A stretch of DNA of 64,000 nt, taken from Microbacterium sp. (lineage in GTDB: Bacteria; Actinomycetota; Actinomycetes; Actinomycetales; Microbacteriaceae). Of the stretch, positions 27,555 through 36,756 are shown in pieces (positions within the stretch are counted from its first letter, which is position 1; the number at the start of each line of letters is the position of its first letter). Location: the NCBI RefSeq assembly GCF_017305435.1, contig NZ_JAFKIP010000008.1:187216-251215 (forward strand), in the 5' to 3' direction. Below the pieces are notes generated by a model. The model searched no databases. It saw nothing but the letters and a program-made list of their open reading frames with translations, and was not told the DNA's origin. A program made the translations under genes and the position numbers.

Positions 27555-27630
27555 CGAAAAGGTGGCGCGTGTCGACGGTGCCCGGTGACTCGCCGCCTGC
27601 GCCGCGAGCGCATCGAGGGTGCGCGCCGGC

Positions 27631-30600
27631 TCAGTCGAATCCGCTGTCGCGGGCGGCTGACCACGGCTCGTACGACAGGAACTCGACCTCGCGCAGGTCG
27701 AGGTCGTCGCCGAGGTTCTCGATGCGCACACGCACGATGCCGGGCGCGGGCTCCGGTGCGAAGTTCAACGGGCCGAGGCGCAGCGGGATCGTCCGCACCT
27801 CATCGGAGACCTCGCCCTGCCAGCGCAGCGTGCCCGTGGGTGCCGTGAAGGCGAGGTCGAGACGCGCGGGCCCCGAGACGGTCATGGTTGCAAGGCTCGG
27901 CGCACCGGCGGCGCCGACGCCAGCGGCGTCGAGCGCCACCTCCACGCTGTGACCCGCCGCGAGGCGGGTGCCGGTCTCGCCGTCGTCGTCGACGAGCGTC
28001 GGGGCGCCCGTTCCATCGATCCGCGCTGCGACGGCATGGTCGACGGGCACGCGCGGCAACCCGACGCTCGCCGACGGCGGTCGGCTGCCCACGCCCCACG
28101 CCGACGGCGCGTCGGTCAGGTCGAGATGCAGGCGGCCGCCCGCGCGCACGCGGCCGTGCGGGAGCCATACCGAGTCCCAGGCGACGCCGTCCACCCGCGC
28201 CGCGGCGATGTGCCGCCCGCTGCCCGTCGTCGTGATCTCGAACACTCCGCCGCTCGCCAGCCGCAGCCGTACGCGGGGAAACAGCGGGGGAGTGAGGAAC
28301 CAGCCGGGCTCGCCCGGGATCAGCGGGTAGAGCCCGATCGCGTTCAGGATCCACCACGCGCTCATCTCGCCGTTGTCCTCGTCGCCGGGGTTGCCCTGAC
28401 CGAGCTCGGCGCCCGCGAAGAGCCGGTCGAGCGCCTCCCGGATGACCTCGTGTGCGCGGTCCGGGCGCCCCGCGAACGCCCACATCGCGGGGATGTGGTG
28501 CGCGGGCTGGTTCGAGAGCGCGAGCTGACCGAGCCGCTGGTCGCGGGTCTCGGTGATCTCGTGGATCTGTTGCCGATACGCGCCCCACACCCGCCGGTCG
28601 CCGCTCTCTCCCGCGGCGAAGAAGCGCTCCAGCATGTCCGCGAGCGCGGACTCGCCTCCGTGCAGGGCGGCCAGACCGGACCCGTCCTGCGGTGCCGTGA
28701 AGGCCATGCCCCAGGCATCCGTCTCGACGTAGTCCCCGCCCCAGACGTCCGGGTCGAACCCGGCGGTGCGCGTGCGCCACGATCCGTCGGCCCGCCGTCC
28801 GCGGAAGAACCCGGTCACGGGATCGAACACGGCGGCATAGGCCGTCGCGCGCCCGGCGAGCCACTCCGCATGCGCGTGGAATCGCTCCCGCAGCTCGGCG
28901 TCCTCGGCGTCCTCGGCGCGCTCGGCGAGCCACGTCGCGTAGCGCGAGAGCGCATGGTCGTTGATCGCCGCTTCGAGGGTCCACGACATCCCCTCGTGCA
29001 CGTCCGCCGACACGAACGAGCGGAAGAGCGCCCGCGCCTGTCCTTTGCGTCCGACGACGGCACGCGGAGGGATCGTCGCGGCGTTGCGGATGCCGGCCTC
29101 CCACGCGGTGCGATGGTCGACCTCGACCCCCTTCAGCGCGAGGTCGGCCACGATCGCGTCGCTCGAGGTCCCCACCATGCTGTCGACGGGGCCCGGCGCC
29201 GACCACCGCGACATCCACCCGCTGTCGCGCGCGTGCTGCAGCGTGCCGTCGAGGAGCGCGGGCGTCGTCGGGTCGATGAGACCCAGCAGCGGCCACGCGG
29301 TGCGGTAGGTGTCCCAGTACCCGTTGTTGGTGCTGAGCAGGCCGCGACCCGTGCGCAGCCCCGTCTGCGTCGCCGTATCCCCGAGGCTCGCCGCGAACGG
29401 ACTCGCGTACACCGGCGCTCCGTCGACGATCTCGTGCGCCGTGTTCGGGAACATCAGGGTGCGGACGAGGCCGGATGCCAGGGTGATCCGCTGTTCGCGG
29501 GTCGCCCCCTCGACCTCGATCGCCCCGAGGGAGTCGTCCCATGCCTCCTGCGCGCGTGCGGCGACCTCGTCGAACGAGGCATCGCCGATGTCGGCCCGGA
29601 GGTTCGCGCGCGCCTGGTCGAGGGACAGGAAGGAGACGCCCACCCGCAGCTCGACGATCGCCGGCGCAGCGGACGTCGCCCCGATGCGCGCCCAGCCGAC
29701 ATCGCCGCGGAACGGCGCGGACATCCTCCCTACCGCGGTGACGTCGCCGTCGAGCTCACCCCAGACGAACATCCTCGGGACGACGCGTCCGTCGTCCGCC
29801 CGCTGGTGGACCCACCCGGTGACGATCGCGCCGCGGGCGGGCTGCGGCCGCGGGCGGATCTCGACGTCCCCGTCGCCGAGCCGATCGAACAGCACCGAAC
29901 CGCCGCCCGGCAGGGTGAACCGCATCGTGACGCCGGTGCGTGACGGCGCGAGCTCCGCGACGATCGGCGCGGAGGCGCCCGGGATGCCGGTGTCGAGCTC
30001 GACCCGGTAGTGGTGGACGCGGTCGTACTCGTCGCGGTGACGGAAGCTCAGCCGCCGCGCCGACGGGTCGGCGGGCGGTGTCGGGAGGGCTGAGGGCATC
30101 ACCTGGAACGCAGCGCGCTCGCCGATCCACGGGCTCGGCGCGAGGGTCGTCGCGAACGCCTCGATCGCCGGGCGGCCGTCGGCACCCGCGTGCGCGTGCC
30201 ACGTGTACGTCCAGCGCGCCGATCGTGCGTCCGTGACGGGCGTCGCCATGATGAGCGCGTGCGGCGTCGACACGGCGGGCACCGTGTTGCCGCGGGAGTA
30301 CCGCTCCGAGGAGTGCGACCCACGGCGCGTCCGCACCGCGTCGGTCGGGCGTGCGCCCAGCGCGCGCGGCCGGGCGATCTCGATGCCGTCGGCGAACCCC
30401 GCCGACGCTCCTGGGGCGAGGGCGGCCACGCACAGCTCGACCTCCCGCACGACCCGCCCGGCGGCGGCATCGAGCGGCACCACGACCTGCACCCACTGGT
30501 CGGGCAGGAGGAACTTCGCGTCGTGCTGCGCCCGCGGGCCCAGCCGCACGCCGTGGCAGTCCCGCGCCAGGTCGGAGAGTCGTGCGCCGTCCTCGAGCAC

Positions 30601-30957
30601 GATGTCGAGGCACATGGCGGATGCCGCGAAGCGCGCCTCCGCGTCGAGGTCGCCGCGGAACTCGGTCAGCGCGACGTAGCGGAACACCTCGCCCTGCGCG
30701 ATGACGTGACCGACGAGGTCGGCGCCACCCACCGTGAGAACGTCGTCGGTCCACGACGTGCCCGGCGCGGTCACGCCGAGGCCGGTGAGCTGGTCCGGTG
30801 TGAGGGCGGTGCGGATGACGGCATCCGCACCGTTCGCGGCGTCCGCAGCGTCAGACACCGACCGTCCGCCGTCGAGCCTCCACGCGAGCGCGTCGGGGCC
30901 GAAGAGTCCCGTCCCGGCGCCCGCGGCGACCGGGTGCCGCGGCGCACCGCGGAACAC
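27631..30957 (-). CDS. Glycoside hydrolase family 92 (alpha-mannosidase) with extra N- and C-terminal domains
   Basis: C-terminal roughly 1100 codons of ORF 27631..32730(-). GH92 signature GNPGDEDNGEMSAWWILNAIGLYP plus the upstream region SRGNTVPAVSTPHALIMATP. The start is uncertain: in-frame GTG 30957 was chosen, and a GTG near 30855 is also possible. No signal peptide is evident. Confidence 0.8.
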   Translation of the reverse strand: MFRGAPRHPVAAGAGTGLFGPDALAWRLDGGRSVSDAADAANGADAVIRTALTPDQLTGLGVTAPGTSWTDDVLTVGGADLVGHVIAQGEVFRYVALTEFRGDLDAEARFAASAMCLDIVLEDGARLSDLARDCHGVRLGPRAQHDAKFLLPDQWVQVVVPLDAAAGRVVREVELCVAALAPGASAGFADGIEIARPRALGARPTDAVRTRRGSHSSERYSRGNTVPAVSTPHALIMATPVTDARSARWTYTWHAHAGADGRPAIEAFATTLAPSPWIGERAAFQVMPSALPTPPADPSARRLSFRHRDEYDRVHHYRVELDTGIPGASAPIVAELAPSRTGVTMRFTLPGGGSVLFDRLGDGDVEIRPRPQPARGAIVTGWVHQRADDGRVVPRMFVWGELDGDVTAVGRMSAPFRGDVGWARIGATSAAPAIVELRVGVSFLSLDQARANLRADIGDASFDEVAARAQEAWDDSLGAIEVEGATREQRITLASGLVRTLMFPNTAHEIVDGAPVYASPFAASLGDTATQTGLRTGRGLLSTNNGYWDTYRTAWPLLGLIDPTTPALLDGTLQHARDSGWMSRWSAPGPVDSMVGTSSDAIVADLALKGVEVDHRTAWEAGIRNAATIPPRAVVGRKGQARALFRSFVSADVHEGMSWTLEAAINDHALSRYATWLAERAEDAEDAELRERFHAHAEWLAGRATAYAAVFDPVTGFFRGRRADGSWRTRTAGFDPDVWGGDYVETDAWGMAFTAPQDGSGLAALHGGESALADMLERFFAAGESGDRRVWGAYRQQIHEITETRDQRLGQLALSNQPAHHIPAMWAFAGRPDRAHEVIREALDRLFAGAELGQGNPGDEDNGEMSAWWILNAIGLYPLIPGEPGWFLTPPLFPRVRLRLASGGVFEITTTGSGRHIAAARVDGVAWDSVWLPHGRVRAGGRLHLDLTDAPSAWGVGSRPPSASVGLPRVPVDHAVAARIDGTGAPTLVDDDGETGTRLAAGHSVEVALDAAGVGAAGAPSLATMTVSGPARLDLAFTAPTGTLRWQGEVSDEVRTIPLRLGPLNFAPEPAPGIVRVRIENLGDDLDLREVEFLSYEPWSAARDSGFD

Positions 30958-31025
30958 CCGCAGCCGGGGCTCCCCGCCCCGCCGCGTCCACGGCCACCAC
31001 CTCGGCAGGCGGCACACGGCGGGGT

Positions 31026-32468
31026 CTATTCCTCCGCGTGCCGGTCGAGGAAGGCGTAGACCTCGCCGTCGTCGACCCCCGGGAAGGCCCCGCGCGGCAG
31101 CGGCGAGAACATCTGCATGTGCACGCGCGCGCTCGGCCAGGCCTTGCCGTCCCAACGGGTCGTGAGCTCGGCATCCGGCCGCCGGCAGCACGCCTCGTCG
31201 GGGCACGTCGAGGTCGCCCGCTTCTGGGTCTCGCGCCCGCGGAACCAGCGGGCGTCGTCGAAGGGCACACCGACGGTGATCGAGAACTCGCCGTCGGAGG
31301 TCTTGCCGGTCTGGCTCGAGCACCAGAACGTCCCGGCCGGCGTGTCGGTGTACTGGTAGTGCTCGACGGTGCGGTTCTGCTCGCCGAACGCCGCGCGGGC
31401 GGCGAAGCGCCGGCACACGATCTGGCCCTCGACGGAGCCCGTGACATCCATGGGCAGCGGCAGGTCGTCGTTCTCGTACACCCGGTTGATCGCCCCCGCG
31501 CCGTCGACGCGCATGAAGTGCAGGCGGATGCCGAGGTGCTCGGTGAGGAGGTTCGTCATGCGCATCGCGGCGGCCTCGTGGGTCACGCCGAACGCATCGC
31601 GGAAGTCCTCGACGGCGAGGTCGCGGTCCTTCTTCGCCTGCGACAGGACGGCGACCGCGGCCGTCTCGGGCAGCAGGCAGCACGCCGCGTAGTAGTTGAT
31701 CTCGAGCCGCTGCTGGAGGAAGTCGGCGTAGTCGGTCGGTGGCGTGTGCCCCAGGAGTCGATGCGCCATCGCCTGCAGCGCCATCGACCGGAGGCCGTGC
31801 CCGCCGGGGATGGATGCCGGGGGCAGGTAGATCCGCCCGTTCTCGAGGTCGGTGACCGAACGCGCCGAGTGCGGCAGATCGTCGACGTAGATGAGCTCGA
31901 AGCCGAGCTGCTGCGCCATGATGCTCACCGTGCGGTGGGTGAGCGCCCCCGAGGTGTGCCCCGCTGCGCGCAGCTGCTTCTCGGCGAGCTGCTCGATCTC
32001 GGGCAGGTAGTTGTTCCGCTCCCGCATCCGCAGCCGCAGCTCGGTGTTGGCGCGGCGCGCCTCTTCGGGCGTCGCGATCGCCTCGCGTTCGCGGCGCTGC
32101 AGTTCGCGGTGCAGGCCCAGCACGGCCTCGATCGTCTCGTCGGGCGTGGTCTTCGTGACCCGCACCGGAGGGACGCCGAGGCGCCGGAACACGGGCGAGC
32201 TCTGCGCCCGCTCGAGATCGAGCTCGAGCGCGGCGCGGCGGTTCGGCGGCTCGGGGGAGAGGAGGTCGGTGACGTCCGTGCCCGTCGCGTGGGCGATCGC
32301 CTGCAGCAGGGAGAGCTTCGGCTCCCGCTTGCCGTTCTCGATGAGGCTCAATTGGCTGCCCGCGACCCCAACGATCGCGCCGAGCTCGTCGAGGGTCAGC
32401 GCATGCGCGACGCGGTGATGGCGGATGCGGTGTCCGAGCGTCGACAGTTCCAGGGCGGAGGCGGGCAT
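31026..32468 (-). CDS. XRE-family regulator with ImmA/IrrE-like and DUF2083 domains (RamB/PrpR-like)
   Basis: ORF 31026..32468(-), 480 aa. HTH LTLDELGAIVGVAGSQLSLIENGKREP, a central peptidase-like region (AMAHRLLGH) and a Cys-rich C-terminal domain. The architecture matches mycobacterial/corynebacterial RamB/PrpR regulators. Confidence 0.85.
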   Translation of the reverse strand: MPASALELSTLGHRIRHHRVAHALTLDELGAIVGVAGSQLSLIENGKREPKLSLLQAIAHATGTDVTDLLSPEPPNRRAALELDLERAQSSPVFRRLGVPPVRVTKTTPDETIEAVLGLHRELQRREREAIATPEEARRANTELRLRMRERNNYLPEIEQLAEKQLRAAGHTSGALTHRTVSIMAQQLGFELIYVDDLPHSARSVTDLENGRIYLPPASIPGGHGLRSMALQAMAHRLLGHTPPTDYADFLQQRLEINYYAACCLLPETAAVAVLSQAKKDRDLAVEDFRDAFGVTHEAAAMRMTNLLTEHLGIRLHFMRVDGAGAINRVYENDDLPLPMDVTGSVEGQIVCRRFAARAAFGEQNRTVEHYQYTDTPAGTFWCSSQTGKTSDGEFSITVGVPFDDARWFRGRETQKRATSTCPDEACCRRPDAELTTRWDGKAWPSARVHMQMFSPLPRGAFPGVDDGEVYAFLDRHAEE

Positions 32469-32540
32469 TCCTTGAGCATAGCGAAAGAAACACGATTCTT
32501 GACGCGTGAATGCTCAGTAAACACATCCGATTGCGGCGCA

Positions 32541-32559
32541 GAGTGGAACAAGACCACTC
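32541..32559. promoter_or_regulatory. Inverted repeat GAGTGGaacaagaCCACTC just upstream of the pckG RBS
   Basis: 6-bp arms with a 7-nt spacer, ending 5 nt before GAAGGAG. It could be an operator or a 5'-UTR hairpin. Confidence 0.35.
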
Positions 32560-32575
32560 GCTTGAAGGAGCCGAC

Positions 32576-34474
32576 ATGGCCATCGCAGACCTCTTCACCC
32601 GTCCCGCCGGACCCGCCGCCGGCACGTCCTTCGACGCGCAGGCATCCGGCACGTTCGGCGCGCGTCCCGCGGTGGACGGCGCGGGCCTCGCGGAGCTCGT
32701 CGCGTGGGTGGACGAGATCGCCGCGCTCACTCAGCCCGCGCGCATCCACTGGGTCGACGGCTCGCGCGCCGAGAACGAAGCGCTGCTGCGCCAGCAGGTC
32801 GACGAGGGCAAGCTCATCAAGCTGAACCCCGAGTGGCGACCGGGTTCGTACCTCGCGCGCTCGCACCCGAGCGACGTCGCCCGCACCGAGGCGCGCACCT
32901 TCATCGCCTCGGAGCGCGAGGAGGACGCCGGCCCCACGAACAACTGGGCGCACCCCGCCGAGATGCGCGCGACGCTCACACCGCTGTTCGAGGGGTCCAT
33001 GCGGGGGCGGACGATGTACGTCGTCCCCTTCTCGATGGGAGCCGTCGGCGGTCCGCTGTCGCACATCGGAGTGCAGGTCACCGATTCGGCGTACGCCGTC
33101 ACCTCGATCGGCATCATGACGCGCGTCGGCACGGACGTGCTCGAGCAGATCGCCGCCGGCAAGCCCTGGGTCAAGACCGTGCACACCGTCGGTGCGCCCC
33201 TCCAGCCCGGTGAGCAGGATGCCGCGTGGCCCTGCAACGACGAGAAGTACATCGTGCACTACCCCGACGCCCTCGAGGTCTGGTCGTACGGGTCGGGCTA
33301 CGGCGGCAACGCGATCCTCGCGAAGAAGTGCTTCGCGCTGCGGATCGCCTCGGTCATCGGCCGCGACGAGGGATGGCTCGCCGAGCACATGCTGCTCATC
33401 CGGGTCATCTCGCCGGAGGGCCGGAAGTACCACCTCGCGGCCGCCTTCCCGTCGGCGTGCGGAAAGACGAACCTCGCGATGCTGCGCCCGACCATCCCGG
33501 GTTGGCGCGTCGAGACGCTCGGGGACGACATCGCGTGGCTCCGCCCCGGCGAGGACGGTCGCCTCTGGGCGATCAACCCCGAGGCCGGCTTCTTCGGCGT
33601 GGCCCCGGGCACGGGCGAGTCGACGAACGTCACCGCCGTCGAGACCCTGTGGGGCAACACGATCTTCACGAACGTGGCGCTCCGCCCCGACGGCGACGTC
33701 TGGTGGGAGGGGCTCACCGACGACGTGCCCGCCGAGCTCACCGACTGGGAAGGCAACCCCTGGACGCCCGCGTCGGGTCGGCCGGCCGCACACCCCAACT
33801 CGCGCTTCACGGTCAGTGCCGCGCAGTGCCCGCAGATCGCCCCCGACTGGGACACCCCCGAGGGGGTTCCGCTCGACGGCATCCTGTTCGGCGGTCGCCG
33901 TGCGACCAACGTGCCGCTCGTCGTGGAGGCGACCGACTGGACCCACGGCGTCTTCCTCGGCTCGAACATCTCCTCCGAGCGCACGGCGGCTGCCGAGGGC
34001 ACGGTGGGGGAGCTGCGCCGCGATCCGTTCGCGATGCTCCCGTTCTGCGGCTACAACATGGCCGACTACTTCGGTCACTGGCTGGGGATCGGTCAGCAGC
34101 TGCGGTTCGACCGCGCGCCGCGCGTGTTCCAGGTGAACTGGTTCCGCAAGGGTGCCGACGGCCGGTTCCTCTGGCCCGGTTTCGGCGACAACGCACGCGT
34201 GATCGACTGGATCATCCGCCGCATCGAAGGCAAGGTGCCCGCCGTCGACAGCCCGATCGGGCGCCTGCCGGAGACGGCGGACCTGAATCTCGACGGGATC
34301 GACGTGCCCCAGGAGGACCTCGACGCCCTGTTCGAGGTCGACCCGGCGCTGTGGCTGCAGGAGACCGACCTCACCGAGGAGTTCTACCGCACCTTCGACG
34401 GTCGCGTCCCCCCGGCGCTGTACGCCGAGCTGGCGGCCCTCCGCTACCGCCTGAAGCTCGCGCAGAGCGCCTGA
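32576..34474 (+). CDS. pckG: Phosphoenolpyruvate carboxykinase (GTP)
   Basis: ORF 32510..34474(+) trimmed to ATG 32576, preceded by GAAGGAG. Kinase-1a motif FPSACGKTN and extensive GTP-PEPCK-like sequence ([20 protein letters not shown]). Confidence 0.95.
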   Translation: MAIADLFTRPAGPAAGTSFDAQASGTFGARPAVDGAGLAELVAWVDEIAALTQPARIHWVDGSRAENEALLRQQVDEGKLIKLNPEWRPGSYLARSHPSDVARTEARTFIASEREEDAGPTNNWAHPAEMRATLTPLFEGSMRGRTMYVVPFSMGAVGGPLSHIGVQVTDSAYAVTSIGIMTRVGTDVLEQIAAGKPWVKTVHTVGAPLQPGEQDAAWPCNDEKYIVHYPDALEVWSYGSGYGGNAILAKKCFALRIASVIGRDEGWLAEHMLLIRVISPEGRKYHLAAAFPSACGKTNLAMLRPTIPGWRVETLGDDIAWLRPGEDGRLWAINPEAGFFGVAPGTGESTNVTAVETLWGNTIFTNVALRPDGDVWWEGLTDDVPAELTDWEGNPWTPASGRPAAHPNSRFTVSAAQCPQIAPDWDTPEGVPLDGILFGGRRATNVPLVVEATDWTHGVFLGSNISSERTAAAEGTVGELRRDPFAMLPFCGYNMADYFGHWLGIGQQLRFDRAPRVFQVNWFRKGADGRFLWPGFGDNARVIDWIIRRIEGKVPAVDSPIGRLPETADLNLDGIDVPQEDLDALFEVDPALWLQETDLTEEFYRTFDGRVPPALYAELAALRYRLKLAQSA

Positions 34475-34485
34475 CCCCCGCGCGC

Positions 34486-34519
34486 GACGACCCTCGTCCC
34501 CTTTGGGGCGGGGGTCGTC
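34486..34519 (+). terminator. Candidate pckG terminator hairpin
   Basis: Outer stem GACGACCC/GGGTCGTC, inner stem CCCC-ttt-GGGG, followed by CCCATTT. Confidence 0.4.
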
Positions 34520-34550
34520 CCCATTTCGGCGGGGCTCGTCCCAGAAGTGG
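34488..34550 (+). repeat. Three degenerate 21-bp phased repeats with core TCGTCCC
   Basis: CGACCCTCGTCCCCTTTGGGG / CGGGGGTCGTCCCCATTTCGG / CGGGGCTCGTCCCAGAAGTGG, immediately after the pckG stop. Overlaps the hairpin called as a terminator. Confidence 0.4.
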
Positions 34551-34642
34551 CTGTTCCAGGGCGGCGGAATCAGCCTTTCTTGGGACATGGTCCGGTCAGC
34601 GGGGCAGAGCCGGTGGAGACTGTCGCCCGGCCAGCCCGGTGT

Positions 34643-36574
34643 TCAGACGAGCAGCTGGTGGCGCGCGAGGTCGCGGTACAGCGGCACGCTCTCGACGAGC
34701 TCGGCATGCGTGCCCTGACCCACCACCTCGCCTCGATCGAGCACGATGATGAGGTCGCTGTCGACGACGGTCGACAGCCGATGAGCGATCACGACGAGCG
34801 TGCGCCCGGCGGCGACCGCGTCGATCGCCTCCCGCATGCGCTGCTCGTTGAGGCCGTCGAGCGACGACGTCGACTCGTCGAGCAGCAGGATCGGGGGAGC
34901 GGCCAGCAGCGCCCGCGCGATCGCGAGGCGCTGACGCTCGCCTCCCGACAGCATGACGCCCGCCTCGCCCACCGGGGCCTCGAGCCCGAGCGGTGAGCGC
35001 TCCAGCACATCGCCGAGGTTCACCGCGCGCAGCACGCGTTCGCAGGCGGCGTCGGATGCCGCGGGAGAGGCCAGCCGCAGGTTGTCGCCGATCGTACCGG
35101 CGAGCGTCGGGGCATCCTGCTCGACGTAGCCCAGTTGCGCGCGCAGGCGCGTGCGATCGACGCGCCGGATGTCGGTGCCGTCGAGCAGCACCTCGCCGGC
35201 ATCCGGGTCATAGAAGCGCTCGACGAGGGCGAGGGTCGTCGACTTGCCCGCTCCCGACGGCCCGACGAGCGCGACGCGCGCTCCGCGGGGAACGGCGAAC
35301 GATACGCCGCGCAGCACGTCACCGCCGCCGGCTCCGACCTCGACGGCATCCGCATGGACGTCGGCGAGCGTGCGCAGCGCCTCCTGCTCCGCGGCCTGCC
35401 GCGCTTGGGCGACGGCGTCGGGGTAGCGGAACCAGACGCCCCGGAACTCGATCGCGGGGGCGTCGCGCGTCGCGAGCAGATCGTCGACCGTCCGCACGGG
35501 ACCGGTGAGGTCGGGTACGTCGGCGACGCGGCGGGCTTCTTCGACGCGAGCGGCGACCTCGGCATCCGTGGCCGTCTCGGTGGGCAGATCGAGCACCTCC
35601 TGGATGCGTCCGAGTGCGCCGAGTGCCTGGTTCACCGAGGTGATCGCGCCGAAGAACGACCCGAGCGGCTGCACGAGGAAGAACAGGAACATCACGAACG
35701 TCACGAGCTGAGCGATCGTGAGGGCCCCGGATGCCACGCGGAACCCGCCCACACCCAGGACGACGAGCAGCGACAGCTGCAGGGCGATGCCCGCGATCGG
35801 CACGATGAACGCCGACGCCTTCGCGACCTGCACTCCCGCGTCGTAGGCCCCGCGCGCCGTCTCGTCGATCGCGGCCTGCTCGCGGCCCGCGGCGCCCGCG
35901 GCGCGGATCGTGCGGATGGACCCCACGGCACGCTCGACACCCGACGCGAGGTCGCCGACGCGCTCCTGCTGCACCGTCGTCGCGCGACGGATCCGGCCGG
36001 AGAGGGCACCGACGACGGCCACCGACGCCCCCACGACGACGATGATGAGCAGGAGCAGCACCGGGTCGATGACGAGCATCGCGACGACCGCCCCGACGAA
36101 GATGAGTGCGTTGCCGATCGAGTCGGCGAGACCCTGGGTGAGGACGGCGTAGAGGAGCGTCGTGTCGGTCCCGACGCGCGAGACGAGGTCGCCCGTCCGC
36201 CGCGCGTCGTACTCCTTGACGGGCAGGTGCAGCAGCTGCGCGATGAGGCGACGGCGGCTCGAGTAGACGACGGCGGTGCCGGTCCGCTGCAGCAGGAAGT
36301 GCTGGATGCCGCTGATCACGGACCCCACGACGACGAGGGCGACGAGCACCCATACGAGCGTGCCGAGCGGATCGGACGCCTGAACGCGCTGGATGACCTG
36401 GCCGACGACGAGCGGCTGCGCGAGGGTGGCGGCGGCCGCGAGCACGCTCAGGACCGCGACGACGACGAGCACCCCCTTCTGCTCGAACACGAACGGAAGG
36501 AGTTGGCGCAAGCTCGCGCGCGGCCCGTCCTCTTTTCCGGAGCGCGGGCGGCGGGAGCGGGTGGTGCTGGACAT
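34643..36574 (-). CDS. ABC exporter, fused transmembrane and ATPase domains (MdlB/MsbA type)
   Basis: ORF 34643..36574(-), 643 aa. Six-TM N-terminal half. Walker A GPSGAGKST, signature LSGGERQRL, Walker B ILLLDEST. Confidence 0.9.
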   Translation of the reverse strand: MSSTTRSRRPRSGKEDGPRASLRQLLPFVFEQKGVLVVVAVLSVLAAAATLAQPLVVGQVIQRVQASDPLGTLVWVLVALVVVGSVISGIQHFLLQRTGTAVVYSSRRRLIAQLLHLPVKEYDARRTGDLVSRVGTDTTLLYAVLTQGLADSIGNALIFVGAVVAMLVIDPVLLLLIIVVVGASVAVVGALSGRIRRATTVQQERVGDLASGVERAVGSIRTIRAAGAAGREQAAIDETARGAYDAGVQVAKASAFIVPIAGIALQLSLLVVLGVGGFRVASGALTIAQLVTFVMFLFFLVQPLGSFFGAITSVNQALGALGRIQEVLDLPTETATDAEVAARVEEARRVADVPDLTGPVRTVDDLLATRDAPAIEFRGVWFRYPDAVAQARQAAEQEALRTLADVHADAVEVGAGGGDVLRGVSFAVPRGARVALVGPSGAGKSTTLALVERFYDPDAGEVLLDGTDIRRVDRTRLRAQLGYVEQDAPTLAGTIGDNLRLASPAASDAACERVLRAVNLGDVLERSPLGLEAPVGEAGVMLSGGERQRLAIARALLAAPPILLLDESTSSLDGLNEQRMREAIDAVAAGRTLVVIAHRLSTVVDSDLIIVLDRGEVVGQGTHAELVESVPLYRDLARHQLLV

Positions 36575-36597
36575 GTGACCTTCCGGGGCGTCAGCCT

Positions 36598-36645
36598 CGG
36601 TGATCGAGTGCCGCGGCGGAGCCGCGGAGAATCGGGATCATCGGG
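36598..36645 (+). repeat. REP/MITE-like element, copy d
   Basis: CGGTGATCGAGTGCCGCGGC-GGA-GCCGCGGAGAATCGGGATCATCGGG. The left box GGTGATCGAGTGCC is followed by a 7-bp GC hairpin and the right box variant ATCGGGATCAT. It lies 24-70 nt upstream of the ABC exporter start. Confidence 0.6.
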
Positions 36646-36756
36646 TGCAGGAACGGGGTGGTTCTATCTTCTCCCGTCTTTCCTGTGCGCGGCCTGCGGC
36701 GGCGAGCCGAGCGCCTCTTCCCAGCGCCCGTCCGCGCGCGCCCGTCCTTGCCCGGT

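Noticed and set aside
32469-32575. Canonical RamB (AA/GAACTTTGCAAA) or PrpR (TTTGCAAA) operator in the regulator/pckG intergenic region.
   Set aside because: I could not find the motif on either strand. Only unrelated inverted repeats are present.
27631-32730. Giant composite ORFs in the track: 1699 aa at 27631..32730, 1011 aa at 4702..7737, 744 aa at 14165..16399, 587 aa at 409..2172 and 942 aa at 19879..22707.
   Set aside because: The upstream parts run through neighbouring genes in another frame and have no protein-like character. The real genes begin at internal starts that have RBSs and/or overlap the upstream stop codon.
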